64,000 nucleotides of DNA, taken from NCBI RefSeq assembly GCF_009914755.1, contig NC_060932.1; one strand, written 5' to 3'. Position numbers and translations under genes: made by a program. Shown one piece after another: positions 1 through 14,597 of the stretch. Below the pieces are notes generated by a model. That model had not been told where the DNA came from and made no database searches. It was given only the letters and a program-made list of their open reading frames with translations. Position 1 is the stretch's first letter. Every line of letters begins with the position of its first letter. The stretch is from the human T2T-CHM13v2.0 reference genome, Homo sapiens.

Positions 1-447
1 ACCCCAAAAGGCTACATACTATATGATTCCATCTATATGACATTCTGGAAAAGGCAAAACTATGGAGACAGTAAAAGGTCAGTTGTTCCTGGAGTTGTGG
101 GGGAGAGATGGATGAACAGGTGGAGCACAGGAGCATTTCAGAGCAGTAAAACTCTTCTGTCCGATACTGTTGTGGTGGGTATATGTCATTATACATTTGT
201 CCAAACCCATAGAATGTACCACACAAAGAATTAACCCTAATGTAAACTGTGGACTTTAGTTAATAATAATGAATCAATATTGGCTCATCAATCATAACAA
301 ATGTAACATACTAATGCAAGATATTAATCATCAGGGAAATGTTGGGAGGGGGAGAAACAAGAAGAGATTTGGGAACTCTGTACTTTTCACTCATTTGTTC
401 TGTAAACCTAAAACTGCTCTAAAAAACAGTCTGTTAATTTAAAAAAT
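1..447 (+). mobile_element. L1MC-type LINE-1 3' end
   Basis: Typical old L1M 3' UTR text (tatgattcca...cattctggaaaaggcaaaactatggagacagta...gggaactctgtacttt...taaacctaaaactgctctaaaaa). Confidence 0.8.
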
Positions 448-609
448 ATCAAACTCTGTAATTTTGTTTAAATATATGATCAAAATTTCCCTATGAATTA
501 ATGAAAGAAAAGTGTATGCATTGCTAAAAAAATCCAGAAGCTAGCATTTTATTTCTTATTAATCGAAAGAAGGAAATATGCAAAATTTAATAAATAAAAA
601 TGAGAATTA

Positions 610-728
610 GGCCAAAGAGGGAGAAGGCTAGAAGCTTGAGGCCAGGAGGTTGAGGCCATGGTGAGCTAGGATTATGCCACTGCACTCCAGCCTGGGTGAT
701 GGAGCAAGACCCTGTTTCTAAAAAAAAA
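610..728 (+). mobile_element. Alu monomer fragment (FRAM/AluJ right arm)
   Basis: gccactgcactccagcctgggtga...agaccctgtttct followed by an A tail. Confidence 0.75.
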
Positions 729-1144
729 TTGCTTCATTCAAAAAATATTTTTAAAGATGAGAATTGACCATATTTGAAATAAATATTTCATGATGATTTG
801 ATAATCAATTCTAACTATATTCTTTATGTAATAATATACAGCAAGTCCAAAATAAATAAAAAATTTATCCATGACTTATTCCTGAAAAATTGGGTAGTCA
901 TGAAAAACATTTAAAATAGTCAGAATCATTCACCTATTCTGCTTTGGGTGTTTATAGTTGCTTCCCTTTCCTTTTTAAAATTTTTTTATTTTTAATTTTT
1001 GTGGGTACGTAGTAGATGTATATGTTTATGGGTTCCTTTCTAATCAATGATACATTTTAGGAATAAGTAATTGAAGAGGTAAAAAATAATCAATATTTAC
1101 ATATACTTAAATATATTGACAGTCACTCCTTCATACCAATATCC

Positions 1145-1441
1145 TTTTTTTTTTGTTTTTTTTTTTTAGGCAGTCTTGCTCTGTTGCACAGGCTGGAGTG
1201 CAATGGTGCAGTCTCACCTTACTGCAACCCCTGCCTCCCAGGTTCAAGCCATTCTCCTGCCCTCAGCCTCCCAAGTAGCTGGGGTTATAGGCACACGCCA
1301 CAATGCCCAGCTAGTTTTTGTATTTTTAGTAGAGACGGGGTTTCACCATGTTGGCCAGGCTGGTCTCGAACTCCTGACCTCAGGTGATCCACCCGCCTCG
1401 GCCTCCCAAAGTGCCGGAGGCATGAGCCACCATGCCTGGCC
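1145..1441 (-). mobile_element. AluS
   Basis: Full antisense Alu, T-rich tail, TSD CCAATATCCT on both sides. Confidence 0.93.
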
Positions 1442-2377
1442 CAATATCCTCTTTTTTTACTCACCAGGTGATGCATTCTTTAACAGCTGCCTTATTTAGA
1501 GGAACCACTAGGACAGGGCCACTCAGATTAAGGAAGAAAGATGTTAAACAACAATTATCATTACTCCTACCATCACACTCAACCAAATATCTCAATACCA
1601 AAATGGCCATTTCTAATGCTGGTTTTACTCTCAGAAATAAGGTTTTCTAAATGAGAGTTTCTAAGCCTTATCTGGGAACCACATCATCGTAGGAACCTTC
1701 TCTTTGGTGTCCTAGGAGTTCTCATACCCAAGGCCAGCTTGATTTGGGATGGTGATGGGTCTTTCTTTGTAAAGTGAGAAAAGGCCTATGGTAAGCACAA
1801 GCACGTTATCAGCAAGGGTTTTGTTTTGTTTTGTTTTGTTTTTTAAGAGAAAATATTAAAAGAAAGTTGAATGTCTGACATGGAATCTCTCAAAACTATC
1901 CAGGCACACTTACGCAAAACTAATTTCTCTCCTGTTTTCCCTCTACTGTTCTCCTTCCACAGCTAAGGGGGAGAGGGGAGTCCTGAATCTGATTTTTTAA
2001 AAAGTGCCTCCAGGCAAGTCTGATGATTAACCATCCAGTTTGGAAACCACCCAACAATGTACATTCATTGGGGCTTGATGAGGTCACTCTCCACCATTCA
2101 TCACATTACTTATGGATTAGGCTGGCCTGCCAGAAGGAAAATACAGCATATTACAAAATTTCATCGAAACTATCTAAATCACTCTCTTGGGCTAAAATAT
2201 CTGCAAGGAAATCCAAACACTCTTCTGTATTACTGAAGTCCTTTGTTTCCAAGTAACACATCAATTTAACATAAATAAAAAGAAGAATTTATTTTAAGGA
2301 CAATAAACATCTAAAGGAACGCAACACCAAAACTGCTGCCTGGTCTGAGGAGGGACTGCAACCAGGCATTTCTTTAC

Positions 2378-2487
2378 CTGTCTTGCTTGTTTTCTTCTCC
2401 TTGTGTGCTCCATTCTTTTTTCTTGAAGACAGAGGCTGCTCCGTTCCTAAGGCAGATGGTAATGCCACTGTCCATGAGTTGTAACAT
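2378..2487 (-). CDS. STK3: STK3 (MST2) alternative N-terminal coding exon, MLQLMDSGITICLRNGAASVFKKKEWSTQGEENKQD + 2 nt; continues beyond the window
   Basis: ATG at 2487, 110 coding nt ending AG|GTAAAG (donor GT 2377-2376, phase 2). The peptide matches my recollection of the STK3 isoform-2 N-terminus that replaces MEQPPAPK, and canonical exon 1 also ends in phase-2 AG. Confidence 0.88.
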
Positions 2488-2565
2488 TTCCTCCACTGAA
2501 GAGTCTAGCTCAGAGAGATCTCTCCATCCTTTTTCCAAATTCCTGAAGAAGGGACATTGAATGGC
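2378..2565 (-). other. STK3: STK3 alternative exon (78 nt 5' UTR + 110 nt CDS)
   Basis: Acceptor tcttttattccaaatAG|GCCATT at 2566/2565; a second acceptor cccttcttcAG|GAATT at 2543/2542; donor at 2378/2377. Confidence 0.75.
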
Positions 2566-3074
2566 CTATTTGGAATAAAAGATTCACTCCTTAGTTCAGT
2601 CAACTGAAGCCAGAGGGGCAGTCACATACAAATAGGGTTGCCGGGGATGACTTCAGCATGTTGGGAACAGGGAGGGGAGAGCAAAGGAAGCAATTAAGGG
2701 AGTCATCCTGAGAAGAGCAGGAGTTCTCCCAAGGTGTACTACTACTACATCCTGTAAGCTCCGGACAGCCAATGTGGACAAGGAAATCTTCCAAGGTAGC
2801 ACTTATTAGCTACTGTAAGGAATGACGTCACTGAGCCCTTACCACCAAGACTATTTTGCTGTAACTTCTAGTTTTCAGTAATGCCATTGATAAGTTTTGT
2901 GCCCATAGGATTCTCATTCCTATATATGTGATCTATTTTTTCCCCTCTCTGAAAGTCTTCAGGATATTTCTTTATCCGTGTTGCTCTAAAACTTCACGAT
3001 GATATTCTAAGATGTGAGTCTATTTTTATTTATTGCTCTGGGCACTTACTCAGGGAGCCCCCTTTTTAATCTTC

Positions 3075-3295
3075 ATTTTAATTTTTTTAAATAAAAAATC
3101 CCCATTTGGAGGTAATCTCAGACTTTTTACAAAATTGTAAATATGGTATAAAGAATTCCCAGATTCCCCAAATGTAACTTGGTACATAAGCATAATTTAT
3201 CAAGACTAAGGAATTAACAATACAATAGCTTATCCTACAGACCTTATTTAAATTTTGTCAACTGTCCTATTAATTTTCTTTTCCTGGTTCAGGAT
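3075..3295 (-). mobile_element. Old L1MC fragment
   Basis: Resembles antisense L1MC4/5 3' region (ctacagaccttatt..aattttgtcaactgtcctattaatt..cttttcctggttcaggat). Confidence 0.5.
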
Positions 3296-3402
3296 TGCAG
3301 TGGACTGAATGCTTATGTCCCCTTAAAATCAATATGTTGAAATGCGAGCCCCCAAGATGACAGCATTAGGAGCTAGGGCTTTTGGGAAATAATCAGGTCA
3401 TT
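3296..3402 (+). mobile_element. MaLR LTR 5' fragment (MLT1A/MST-like)
   Basis: tg..gtggactgaatg...atatgttgaaat...attaggag.t.gggcttttggga..taatcaggtcat. Confidence 0.65.
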
Positions 3403-3429
3403 ATACGATTTAATAACACCTCTCCTGTA

Positions 3430-3620
3430 TAGAATGTATCCCAGTTGTAACTTCAGATTTCTCCTTGTGATTTGATTAATTTGTCTCCCCCATTAGAATA
3501 TAAGTTTCATGATGGGAGTAATCATGTCAGGTTGCTTTGGTCACCATTATATTCCCAGTACCTAAAATAGTGTTTAGCACATATTATGTCCTCAATGAAT
3601 ATTTATTAAACAAATGAATA
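3430..3620 (+). mobile_element. L2 3' end
   Basis: tgtctccccc.ttagaat.taag.t.catga...cccagtaccta.aa.agtg...tcaat.aatattt.tt.aa..aatgaata. Confidence 0.65.
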
Positions 3621-4149
3621 AATTCCTTTAAAACATTTTATGATGCTGGGAACCATTGTTAAGAGAATTGTTTTTGCCTAAAAACTCAAAGAACACTGCA
3701 ATACCATCTTCCAGGTTCCCCGTGTGGTTGGGCATGGTGTTGTAAAACAGATGAAATAAATCTCAAACAAATGAACTACCCTGTTAACAATGAGGAATGT
3801 GTTAGCCAAATCACCTATAACTCATTGTAACTGGCCACATTATTATGGAGAATGGCCTTAGGGACTTGAACAAACTTCTCATAACATACCAGAGTCTGGT
3901 CTTACCAGGAGTATAAAATCAATGGGTAATTAACTGAACCAAGACCAGGCCTGCCTCCTTGCCCCAGCACAGATGTGCACTGATTTCAAGAGGGCACAAT
4001 TTATGTTTCATGGTGAGTAAAGGAGGCTTCAGACCAAGGACTTGCCAATGACTAGCCATATGGAAGCCAAACTTTACCCTCTCTTTTAAAAGTGCAAAGA
4101 TGGTGTCAAATTCAACATTTGTGGCATTTCTTAGAGTTTTATGATTTAG

Positions 4150-4470
<321 letters not shown>

Positions 4471-4499
4471 GATTTCGGTTTTTATTTAATAGAAAAGCA

Positions 4500-5070
4500 T
4501 TGCATTTATTTGTAACAGCCAAAAATTGGAAACATTTCAAATGTCCTTCAGTTGGGTGAATGGTTAGACTGTGGAACACCTATATCATGGAATACAACTC
4601 AGCAGTAAAAAGGAACACGTTATTGATATGCACAACTCCTCCAATGGATCTCAAGGGAATTATGCTAAGTGGGAAAAAAGCCAATATCAAATACATATTG
4701 TATGATTCCACTTATATAACATTCTTAAAATGACCAGATGATAGACATAGAGAACAGATTAGTGATTTCCAGAGGTTGGGAGTGAGAAGAGGGCGAAAGG
4801 CATGACTATAAGGTAGCAGTATAATGAATCTTTATGGTAGAACAGTCCTGTATCTTGATTGTGGTGGTGGTTACCCATGTCTACACTAGATAAAATTGCG
4901 CAGAACTATGTACACATACACACACACACACAACTACATCTAAAATTGGTGAAATCTGAATAAGATCTGTCAATTGTACCAATGTCAACTTCCTAATTCT
5001 GATCCTGTACTAGAGTTGGGTAAGATTTTGGCATTGGTGGAATCTGGGTGAAGTATACACGAAACCTCCA
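4500..5070 (+). mobile_element. L1MD/ME 3' end (resumes at about 6190-6235)
   Basis: gtaacagccaaaaattggaaaca...tgtatgattccacttatataacattctt...gtatcttgattgtggtggtggttac. Confidence 0.75.
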
Positions 5071-5408
5071 CATGACAGGTTGAGCAATCCTAATCTGAAA
5101 ACCTGAAATCTGAAATGCTCAAAATCTGAAATTTATTAAAACAAATGTTCAATGCAATGTATTTGCAAGAGCAAAACAATTTAAGCAATATAAATGCTCA
5201 TCAGTAAGGGATGAGTTAGGCCAATTATTTATATGCAATATTAGGATAATATGGAATGAAATGAGGGCATACCCATGCTAAGCTGTTACAAGTGGTTGCC
5301 CTGGGAGTAAAGAAATACACATTAACTTTTTCTTTAGATATTTCAACATCGTTATACTACTTTTATAATGTAAAAACTAAAAATATTGTGCCCAGAAAAA
5401 GAGAGAAA

Positions 5409-5985
<577 letters not shown>

Positions 5986-6767
5986 TCAAAATCTGAAATT
6001 TTCTGAGTGCTGAAATGATGCTCAAAGAAAATACTCATTGAATCATTTTGGAGTTCAGATTTTTTGATTAGGGATGTTCAACTGGTAAGTATAATGCAAA
6101 TATTCCAAAATCTGAAAAAATCCGAAAAAATCCAAAATCCAAAACACTTCTGGTCCTAAGCATTTTGGATAATTAATACTCAACCTGTATTTTTGCAACT
6201 TTCTGTGAATCTATAATGGCTTCAAAATAAAAACTTATTTTATGCAATATAAGTTATTTCTAGTAAAACAACATTCAGCATATATGTTTGCCTTCATTTA
6301 CTTCTGAAATCCCACTAAATGGAGTAAAGAAAAGATTATAAACATAAAAGTATACAACCACACACCCCCACCCCAGTATGAGACCATAGAAATGGAGATG
6401 ACTGTAAAAATATAGAAACTGGAAAATAGATGTACATGAGATAACTATTTATAGTAGGTTTCTGTGAAACCGTAGTAGTAGAGATGACCCCAGAGCAAGG
6501 AGCAGTCAGCAGGGATGACTCCATTCTGGACAAGGCCACTAAGAAGACCTGTTATGTAGGCCTGGACAAAGTACCACAAAGCCAAGCAGCTATGGAGAAC
6601 ACATGGCTCGAGGCATTCGCTGGCCTTTCTGTCTCTGAAGCAGTTGCTTAGCAATGTGACAAGATGCCAGACAGTTGGAGACCCAAGTAAGTGTTCACAT
6701 GCTGGGGGGAAGCAGAGGGATGGCTGAATATGGGGCTAGTGGTGGATCTAAAGTCTGAACTATTGGG

Positions 6768-7081
<314 letters not shown>

Positions 7082-8427
7082 GTCAGAGCTATTGGGAAAA
7101 ATCAAATAGCACAGGGGCTGAGGAAGAGTGGTCTCAGTGCCTCCGGTGTCTGAGGCTTGCTCTGTGGACTAGAAGGGAGTAGACAAACCTGATTTATAGG
7201 GCCAAGGTTGGGCTGGACACCCCCAGTCTAAATCAACAGTTTTCAAACTTTGTAAAGCAGTGGAACATTTTCTCCAAAGTAAATCTTAAATAAAAGTGTA
7301 AACCACCAAAACAAAGTGGGGTTGCTCTGGTAGCAACTGCATCCTTGATTTCCAGGCCTCCTGAGGGTCCCACATCCAGATGTTGAAGCAAAAAGGAATT
7401 CAAAAATGCAGTAATTTTCTTTATTGAGAAGTTAGGTTAGAAACCCAATTTTCAAGTATGCAAATTAACTAGAATGTCTCCAGTCTGTGTTAGATAGAAC
7501 CTGAAAACGGAAATTTTGAACTAGCACACCAGTCACCATTTCCAGTCTGCTCTCTCAGCAGGCCCCATGGCCCCTGTAATTTAGCTAGTTAAGGCTTTTC
7601 CTCTGGCCAAACAGCTAAACTTGAGCCAGGTGGACTTAAACACATGAACCAATTCAGTTTACTGTCTAAAAATGAAAGAGAAAAGTCTGCCAGGATCTTC
7701 TCCTCGTCCCCACAAAGTTCCCAAGACCAGAATTCAGCCCTCCTCCCCTCCCACTACAAACACAGGAGAGAGGCCAGCCCAATATAACTTAAAACAGAGC
7801 GACCCTGCAGCCCTCTCAGACAAATTACATCAAAACAAGTCAAAGCAAATGCAACTGTCCTTACCAGTTTTGTAAAGGAATTGCCTGGGAACCATTCCTT
7901 TTCAGACCTAATTAAAAAGTCAGTTTTGAATTACAGAACAAGATGGTATGAGAGCCAGTGTTCAACAGGCAGAACAAACAAACATGCAAAGATAAAATGC
8001 ATGGGCTTTTACAGAGAGCTGCTGCCAGCGACAGCAGAAATGGCTCTCTTTCAGCCAAGTCTAGGGTGCCCTGGAAAACTTCATACCTCTCCAGGGAGAC
8101 AGTTCCCAGAAACCTCCCTCCCCTACAAAGCACTCCTATAACAAATAAATAAACTACATTTCCCAAAGTTCTCTTTGCTCAGGCCTGGGGCTATATTTTA
8201 AACCACTCTGTAATTGTCCCCCACCAGAAAAGCAGAAATGTTTAAATGTGACAACCTTTTGACATACAGAGTTGACTCAGCTCATTTCAAATTTCATCTT
8301 ATCTCCAGTGTCCTTGGGCATGTTTTAAAAGATAAAAATACCAAATGTGACCAAGATCGTCAAGGTATAATGGAACAAGGGTCCAATGTTTTTTTACCCT
8401 CAACGAATGCATTATACTTCATTTAGA

Positions 8428-8600
8428 TCAGCGGTCTCAAATATTAGCATGCGTCAGAATCACCTGAATTCAGGGCTTGTTAAAATACAGATTGCTGAAC
8501 CGTACCTCCACAATCTCAGATTCAGCAGATTTGGAGGGGGTCCGAAGAATATGCGTTTCTAGCAAGTTCCACCGGTTCTGGATTACACTTTAAGAACTGC
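8428..8600. mobile_element. MER5A (hAT-Charlie)
   Basis: gcgtcagaatcacctg...cttgttaaaatacagattgctg...cactttaagaactgct. Confidence 0.75.
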
Positions 8601-10338
8601 TCTCAGAGATTATCTACATGGTCAATTCCAAATCTATCAAGAAAGAAGGCACACAGTTACTGATTTCTGCAAGCTTTGAACTAGCAGTATCTTTAAGGAG
8701 AAGACCCCAGCCATCTCTAGCAGTGTGGGGAAGAGTAAAAGGCAAAGCCTCTAGTTCCGGAAGATCCAGAAACTGGCACTGCCTGGTCCAGCATTTTCAT
8801 TTTCCCACTGAGGAAATGTAGGCTTAGAGGGAATCAATTTGTGCAGTCTCCCAGTGAGTCCGTGGTTGTGCTGGGACAAAGTACCCAGTTGTCCTGGCTT
8901 CCACTCCAGTGCTCTGGCCCTTGCTGGAGTAAAATGGGACACCTGGGCTTGGCAAGGAACAAGGACGCCAACATGATTCTGATTCATCCCAATTTCTCCA
9001 CAGCCTTCTGCCTTTTCTCTGCATTGGTAAAAGTATAATCCCCAACCCAGGAATTTTACTCTCGCTTTCGTTCATGTCTTCGTAGCCTAAGACAGGCAGT
9101 CAAAATGGGACAGCTGACAGCCACAACAGCCTTTAATTACAATATCTGGAGGACACATTAATGAATGTAGACCCATTTATTTACTTTTTTATGTACCTTG
9201 TCTGTGCGACAGCAAGCAACTAGAATCTCAGGAAACACCAACCAGACCCAGGCATCAATCTGCTACTCTGTTATTAGAAGGAAATTAGCCTTTAAGAAAA
9301 ATTGTCTAGGCTTACCAATCACTCCCACCAGCCACCAGGGGTCACATAAATAGAAGTTTTCACTGGACCTTTCTAATTCACAAACCTACCCTCTTCCACC
9401 ACAGGCCTTGGTAGAACACATAATTCAGCAGCAAGAATCCCTTGAAGAAGAAAAGAAAACACCTATAAAACTATATTTTTTTCTAATTCCAGAGACATGA
9501 AACCCTTTAGGAGTTTAGGCCAGGGTTCATGACAATCCATTATCTGAAAGCACAGATGTACAGATAAACCATTATTTTTGTAAAGATACATCTTCTAAAA
9601 CACCAGTCAGCTTGGCATTGTGTTTGTCCTTGAATTGAAGAACGATATCATTTTATCGTCCTAGCCTTGAGCATGGTTATCAATGCCAGTAACTAAGAGG
9701 CCTAATTTGAAAGATGGTCATGATGTCCGACTTACAAATGCCTTCTACTCAGTTAACAGGGACTGCTGAAAGCAAATGGCTTATACATTGTTGCACAAGT
9801 GGAAAATCTGGCCTCCTAACAGTTGTTAAATGTGCCAGCTAAGAGCCTCTGAAGGTCAGTCTACCAGGGCTGGGGCAGTGACCACAGCCACGTGCTGCGC
9901 CTTTTGCAGCTCAGCACCGCATGGTGCAGCTGTTGTATTGGCCAAAGAAAGTGCTGGCAGCCCCGGGAGAAACAGAGACTTAATTCACTTGCAGGAACTT
10001 TCCTGAAAGAGTCTTTTAAAAAGCATTTAAGGCAGACCAGGTGCACTTATTTTCTTTTTAAATCTCATTGCTTTGTCAAGTATTCTCGTTTATGGCTCCA
10101 ACACTCTTTATGTGCAACATTAACCATCCTTTGTTACATTATAAATTATAACGAGAACTTTTATAAAACATATTTAATGATAATTCATGATTTCTAGGTA
10201 GATTCCTTTAGATGTATAACATTTAAATATCCATGGTATAGCACTCTTGATATGTACATAGCAGGGATTGCAATTTAGGTTGCCTGGGGTTTTGTTAAAA
10301 GTTTTGTAAGTTGTGCAGACTTTATCTTTAAATAAAAC

Positions 10339-10383
<45 letters not shown>

Positions 10384-10384
10384 T
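10339..10384 (+). repeat. (TG)n(AG)n compound microsatellite
   Basis: Directly visible. Confidence 0.95.
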
Positions 10385-10879
10385 ACACAGTGCTTAGATA
10401 TAAACAGTAGTAAAAGAAAGCTGATTCAATTCAGTATGTTACACTGTTAAGACTTCCAGCTGTCAAGTGCTTCCACTATAAACAGGAGGCGGGAAGAATG
10501 GGATCTAGAGGGAATAGAGATTGCATAAAAGTGAAACTTCATGATGTGAGGGCCGGGGGTTGGACTCAAGTCATCATCTATTTAGGTGAAAACTGCCAAT
10601 ACCCTGAATAATTCTAGGAAATACTCTGGTCCTTCACTAGACTCTGAAAGTACTCAGGCCACAAACTCTCCCAGTCCTAGCATGACAAAAGACCTCCCTA
10701 TGCCAATAAGTAAAAATGAGTGCCAGAGCCATCCTCAAAGGTAAATATCTGGGGTAGGCAGCTGTTTGCATAATGTGATTTTAAGTGTGACAAGCACGTA
10801 CTCCACCCAAAAAAAAATCTATGCTATAGACCCAGGTCACGGATGCCTGCAATTCTACCATTAGGGAGTATTTCCATCC

Positions 10880-11590
10880 CAGTCAGAGACTTAGGAATCA
10901 TCCTTGACTCCTCTCTCTCCTTCTCTGACCCCATTCAATCAATCATGAATTCCTCCTTCCTAGCTTGACTCTGTCCCTTTATCTTCATTCCCTCTGACAG
11001 TACATAGTTCAGGTCACCATCGACTCCTGCCAGGATGACTGTGGTTACCTCCTGACCTGTCTGTGTGCCTCCAATTTGTTCTCCACACTGCAACTGCAAC
11101 AAATGTGATCTTTCTAAGATGCAGATCTGATTATGACAGTCCCCAGATTAAAACCATTAGCTGGGTCCTCAAGGCCCTCAGAATGAAGTCCAGATTCGTT
11201 AATGGGGTTTACAAGCCCTTATGCTCTGGCCATGGCTGACCACTGTGGGCTCTCCTATGCCACTGCCTCCCCGTCAGTGCACTCACCTTTCCTTAGTCCC
11301 TTACTTTTGCTTCCAGGCCTTTGTACACATTGTCCCCTTTGCTTGGTACACTCTCCCCGTTTCCTACCTTTGTTCCCAAAGACTGCATGACCCTAAATTT
11401 ATCCCTACTTTAGCACTTTCTTACTATGTAAGCTTTATCCATCTGACTCTAATTCTTTCTGAATTAGGACTATGTATTTCACAAATGCCAGAACTCTTAC
11501 TTATTCACTACTTTATTTCCAGGACCTAGCAAATACTTGTCTCATAGCAGTCACTCAATAAATATTTGTTGACTAAATGAACAAGTGAAT
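10880..11590 (+). mobile_element. L2 3' region
   Basis: atcatccttgactcctctctctcc...tgatctttctaa.atgcagatctgatt...ctcaataaatatttgttga.taaatgaa. Confidence 0.75.
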
Positions 11591-11838
11591 CAGTAAATGT
11601 CTTATCTTTTATTAACAACGTTAGCAATTCACACTTCAGTGTGATTTTTCTTACTACAGCTCTCTAAGAATATATTTGAGACGGTTAATGAAATAAAGGC
11701 AGAATTGGCTCTGGAAAACCAGGGGACAGTATAAAGGCAATGGTTAGCCAAGAAAGAAAGGCACTGAGAAGGAAGGTAAGAACAGGTTCTATTGGGATTG
11801 CTTAGATAGGGGTCCTTTCTAGATAAAAAGAAAATAGC

Positions 11839-12358
<520 letters not shown>

Positions 12359-12879
12359 TTAAAAAAAAAAGCAACCAAAGCTTGAGTTCTGTTCCTGATT
12401 TCATCCCCAAGGTTACCACCAAGAAAGGTGGTTTTCCTCTGCATGGGTTGTACAGTGAAGTACCCGCACTTGGCCTGTGGCTCCACCCACAGCTGGCTCA
12501 ATGACTGTGGCCTGTGCCATGGAGAAGCTGCAAGAACAAGGCAGAGTGGACTGGACAGTCTGTGTCACCCTGGCCAATTTGACCAAACTTATCTAGTCAC
12601 AGATGGTTATGAATAATTTTTTGCTTATCACAGCCTTTCGGAAAAGTATTAAAGTTTCAGCAGCCCATGCTTCATGTATTTTCCTCCCCAAGTATACCCT
12701 TTTACCTATAATCAGTATAGCGGAAGGATAAGATGTAAAATGTGTTCACTGGTTTATTTGTTTGTTATACTACTGACCTCAGTCAATCACCCGGTGATGT
12801 TTCTGGGCAATACAAAAATATCTTCTTCCTTCTATCCCGTGATAGGGGGTATTTTCTAAGCCTCAGACATGAGCCCCCA

Positions 12880-13900
12880 CTTTTTTTCCTCTCTCTTCTT
12901 TCCTTGGTGAACCAATTCTACATACTGATGATGCCTAAATCTAATACATCCACCTTGACCTCATAAACAGAATCCACCCCCACATATTTCATTGTCTGTA
13001 GGACATTTTCCTTTGGACAGCTCATCAATCAATTCAACAAGCCCAAACTACCTTGTTATCTTACCTTCCTCCAAAAAAATATCTGAGCCACAGCTGCAAC
13101 ATCCTAACTTTTTCCAGTACATCATTATTCTCCTAGTCACATGTCAGAAAACTCACTCCTTCCACTAGAACATAAACTGTCACCTCATCAATGAGGGCCA
13201 CCTTGACTACTCCATTTAAAATTTCATCTCTATGGCCCCAGCATTCTTGATTCCCCCTTAAAGTGCTCTGTTTGTTCCCAGCATTTATTGTTTTCTAGTA
13301 TGCTACATAATTTACCTATCTACTTATTATTTCTCATTCTGTCCCCAAATCTTACTAGAATGTAAGCACCACTGAAGACAGAGACTTCTGTTCACAGATA
13401 TCATCCCTGTGCTTATAACAGTGCCCGACATACAGTAAGTGCTCAATAAATATTTGTTCAATTAATTCATTCACTCTACAAGTATATACTTAATATAACA
13501 AATAATGTAACTTAAAATACCTTACTCCTCTAATTGGAATTTACACTCTGTGAAGTAGAGGTCTTTGACTTCTTTGTTCACTGCTGTGTCCCCAGAATCT
13601 AGAATGGCACCAGGTAGCAAAGGTGTTCAATAAAAATCTGTTGAATAAATGAACGAATGGATAGGAACTCATTGAGTACCTTTTAGTACCAAGTACTAAG
13701 TGAGGTGCTTGGGGATTCTAGATATTTTAAATAACTAACTATGATGCAATGGGATAAATATAAATAATAGAAGTAGGAACAAAATGGCATGGGAACTCAG
13801 GAGCAATGGCACTGAAGATCATTCTTCACGCCTGAGTCTGAAAGAAGACACAGATGTTTATCTGCTCCCTGTGCCAGGTAAAGGGCCACAAAGGGATTAA
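12880..13900. mobile_element. Cluster of L2 fragments in both orientations
   Basis: Repeated L2 3'-end motifs (ctagaatgtaagc, gtgctcaataaatatttgtt, tcaataaaaatctgttgaataaatgaa). Confidence 0.65.
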
Positions 13901-13916
13901 AGTGTATGGTATGGCG

Positions 13917-14070
13917 CAATGTTTCTCAACTGTTATTTCCATATGAGTTACCTGGGGACTCTTGTTAAAACAGACTCTGGTTTGATGGGCCTGAGGTAAG
14001 CCCTAAGATTTCACATCTCTAACAAGGTGTTGTTGAGGCTGCTGGTCCTCAAACCACACACTGACTGACA
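13917..14070. mobile_element. MER5A
   Basis: caatgtttctcaac...tacctgggga.tcttgttaaaa...tctaacaag...gctgctggtcc...accacac. Confidence 0.6.
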
Positions 14071-14084
14071 AATGTACACAACTC

Positions 14085-14597
14085 GGCACCCATCCCCCTT
14101 ATTTCTTTTTACTAGACTAAAATTTTGTCTATGTATCTAACACTCCCTCCTCCAGTATGGAGAGGAAGTGGTTCTAGTCCCAGCTCCAGGGTTAGACTGG
14201 ATTTGAGCTTGGCCAATCAGGACAAGGCATTCTTTTGACTGATTACTGGGTGAGAATGGGAATGGGAAGTAAGGATGCATGATCTGTTTAGGGGAAAGGT
14301 TTTCCTTTCTATGCTGCTGTCCTTAAACAAAGAAGCGTATGGCTTGATGGCTACAGGCAGCCATCCTCCAACATGAGAAGCATGAGCCTCAAGATGAACC
14401 GAATGCCAAGGGTGCTGAGTGGAGAGGGGGAGAGAACCTGGGTCCTTGATGATCACTTAGCTGCTGATTGTGTTGATCCTGGAATCTACTCTACCTCTGA
14501 TCTTTCAGGTATGTGAAATGATAAATATCCTTATTGTTCAAGCCAATTTGAGGTCAAGGCTTCTACTTGCAGCAGAAATTATCCTAATGGTTACATC
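14085..14597 (+). mobile_element. MLT1J/K MaLR LTR
   Basis: ttggccaatcag...tgattgg-like core; 3' end ataaatatccttattgttcaagcca.tttgag...tacttgcagc..aa...atcctaa. Confidence 0.7.
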
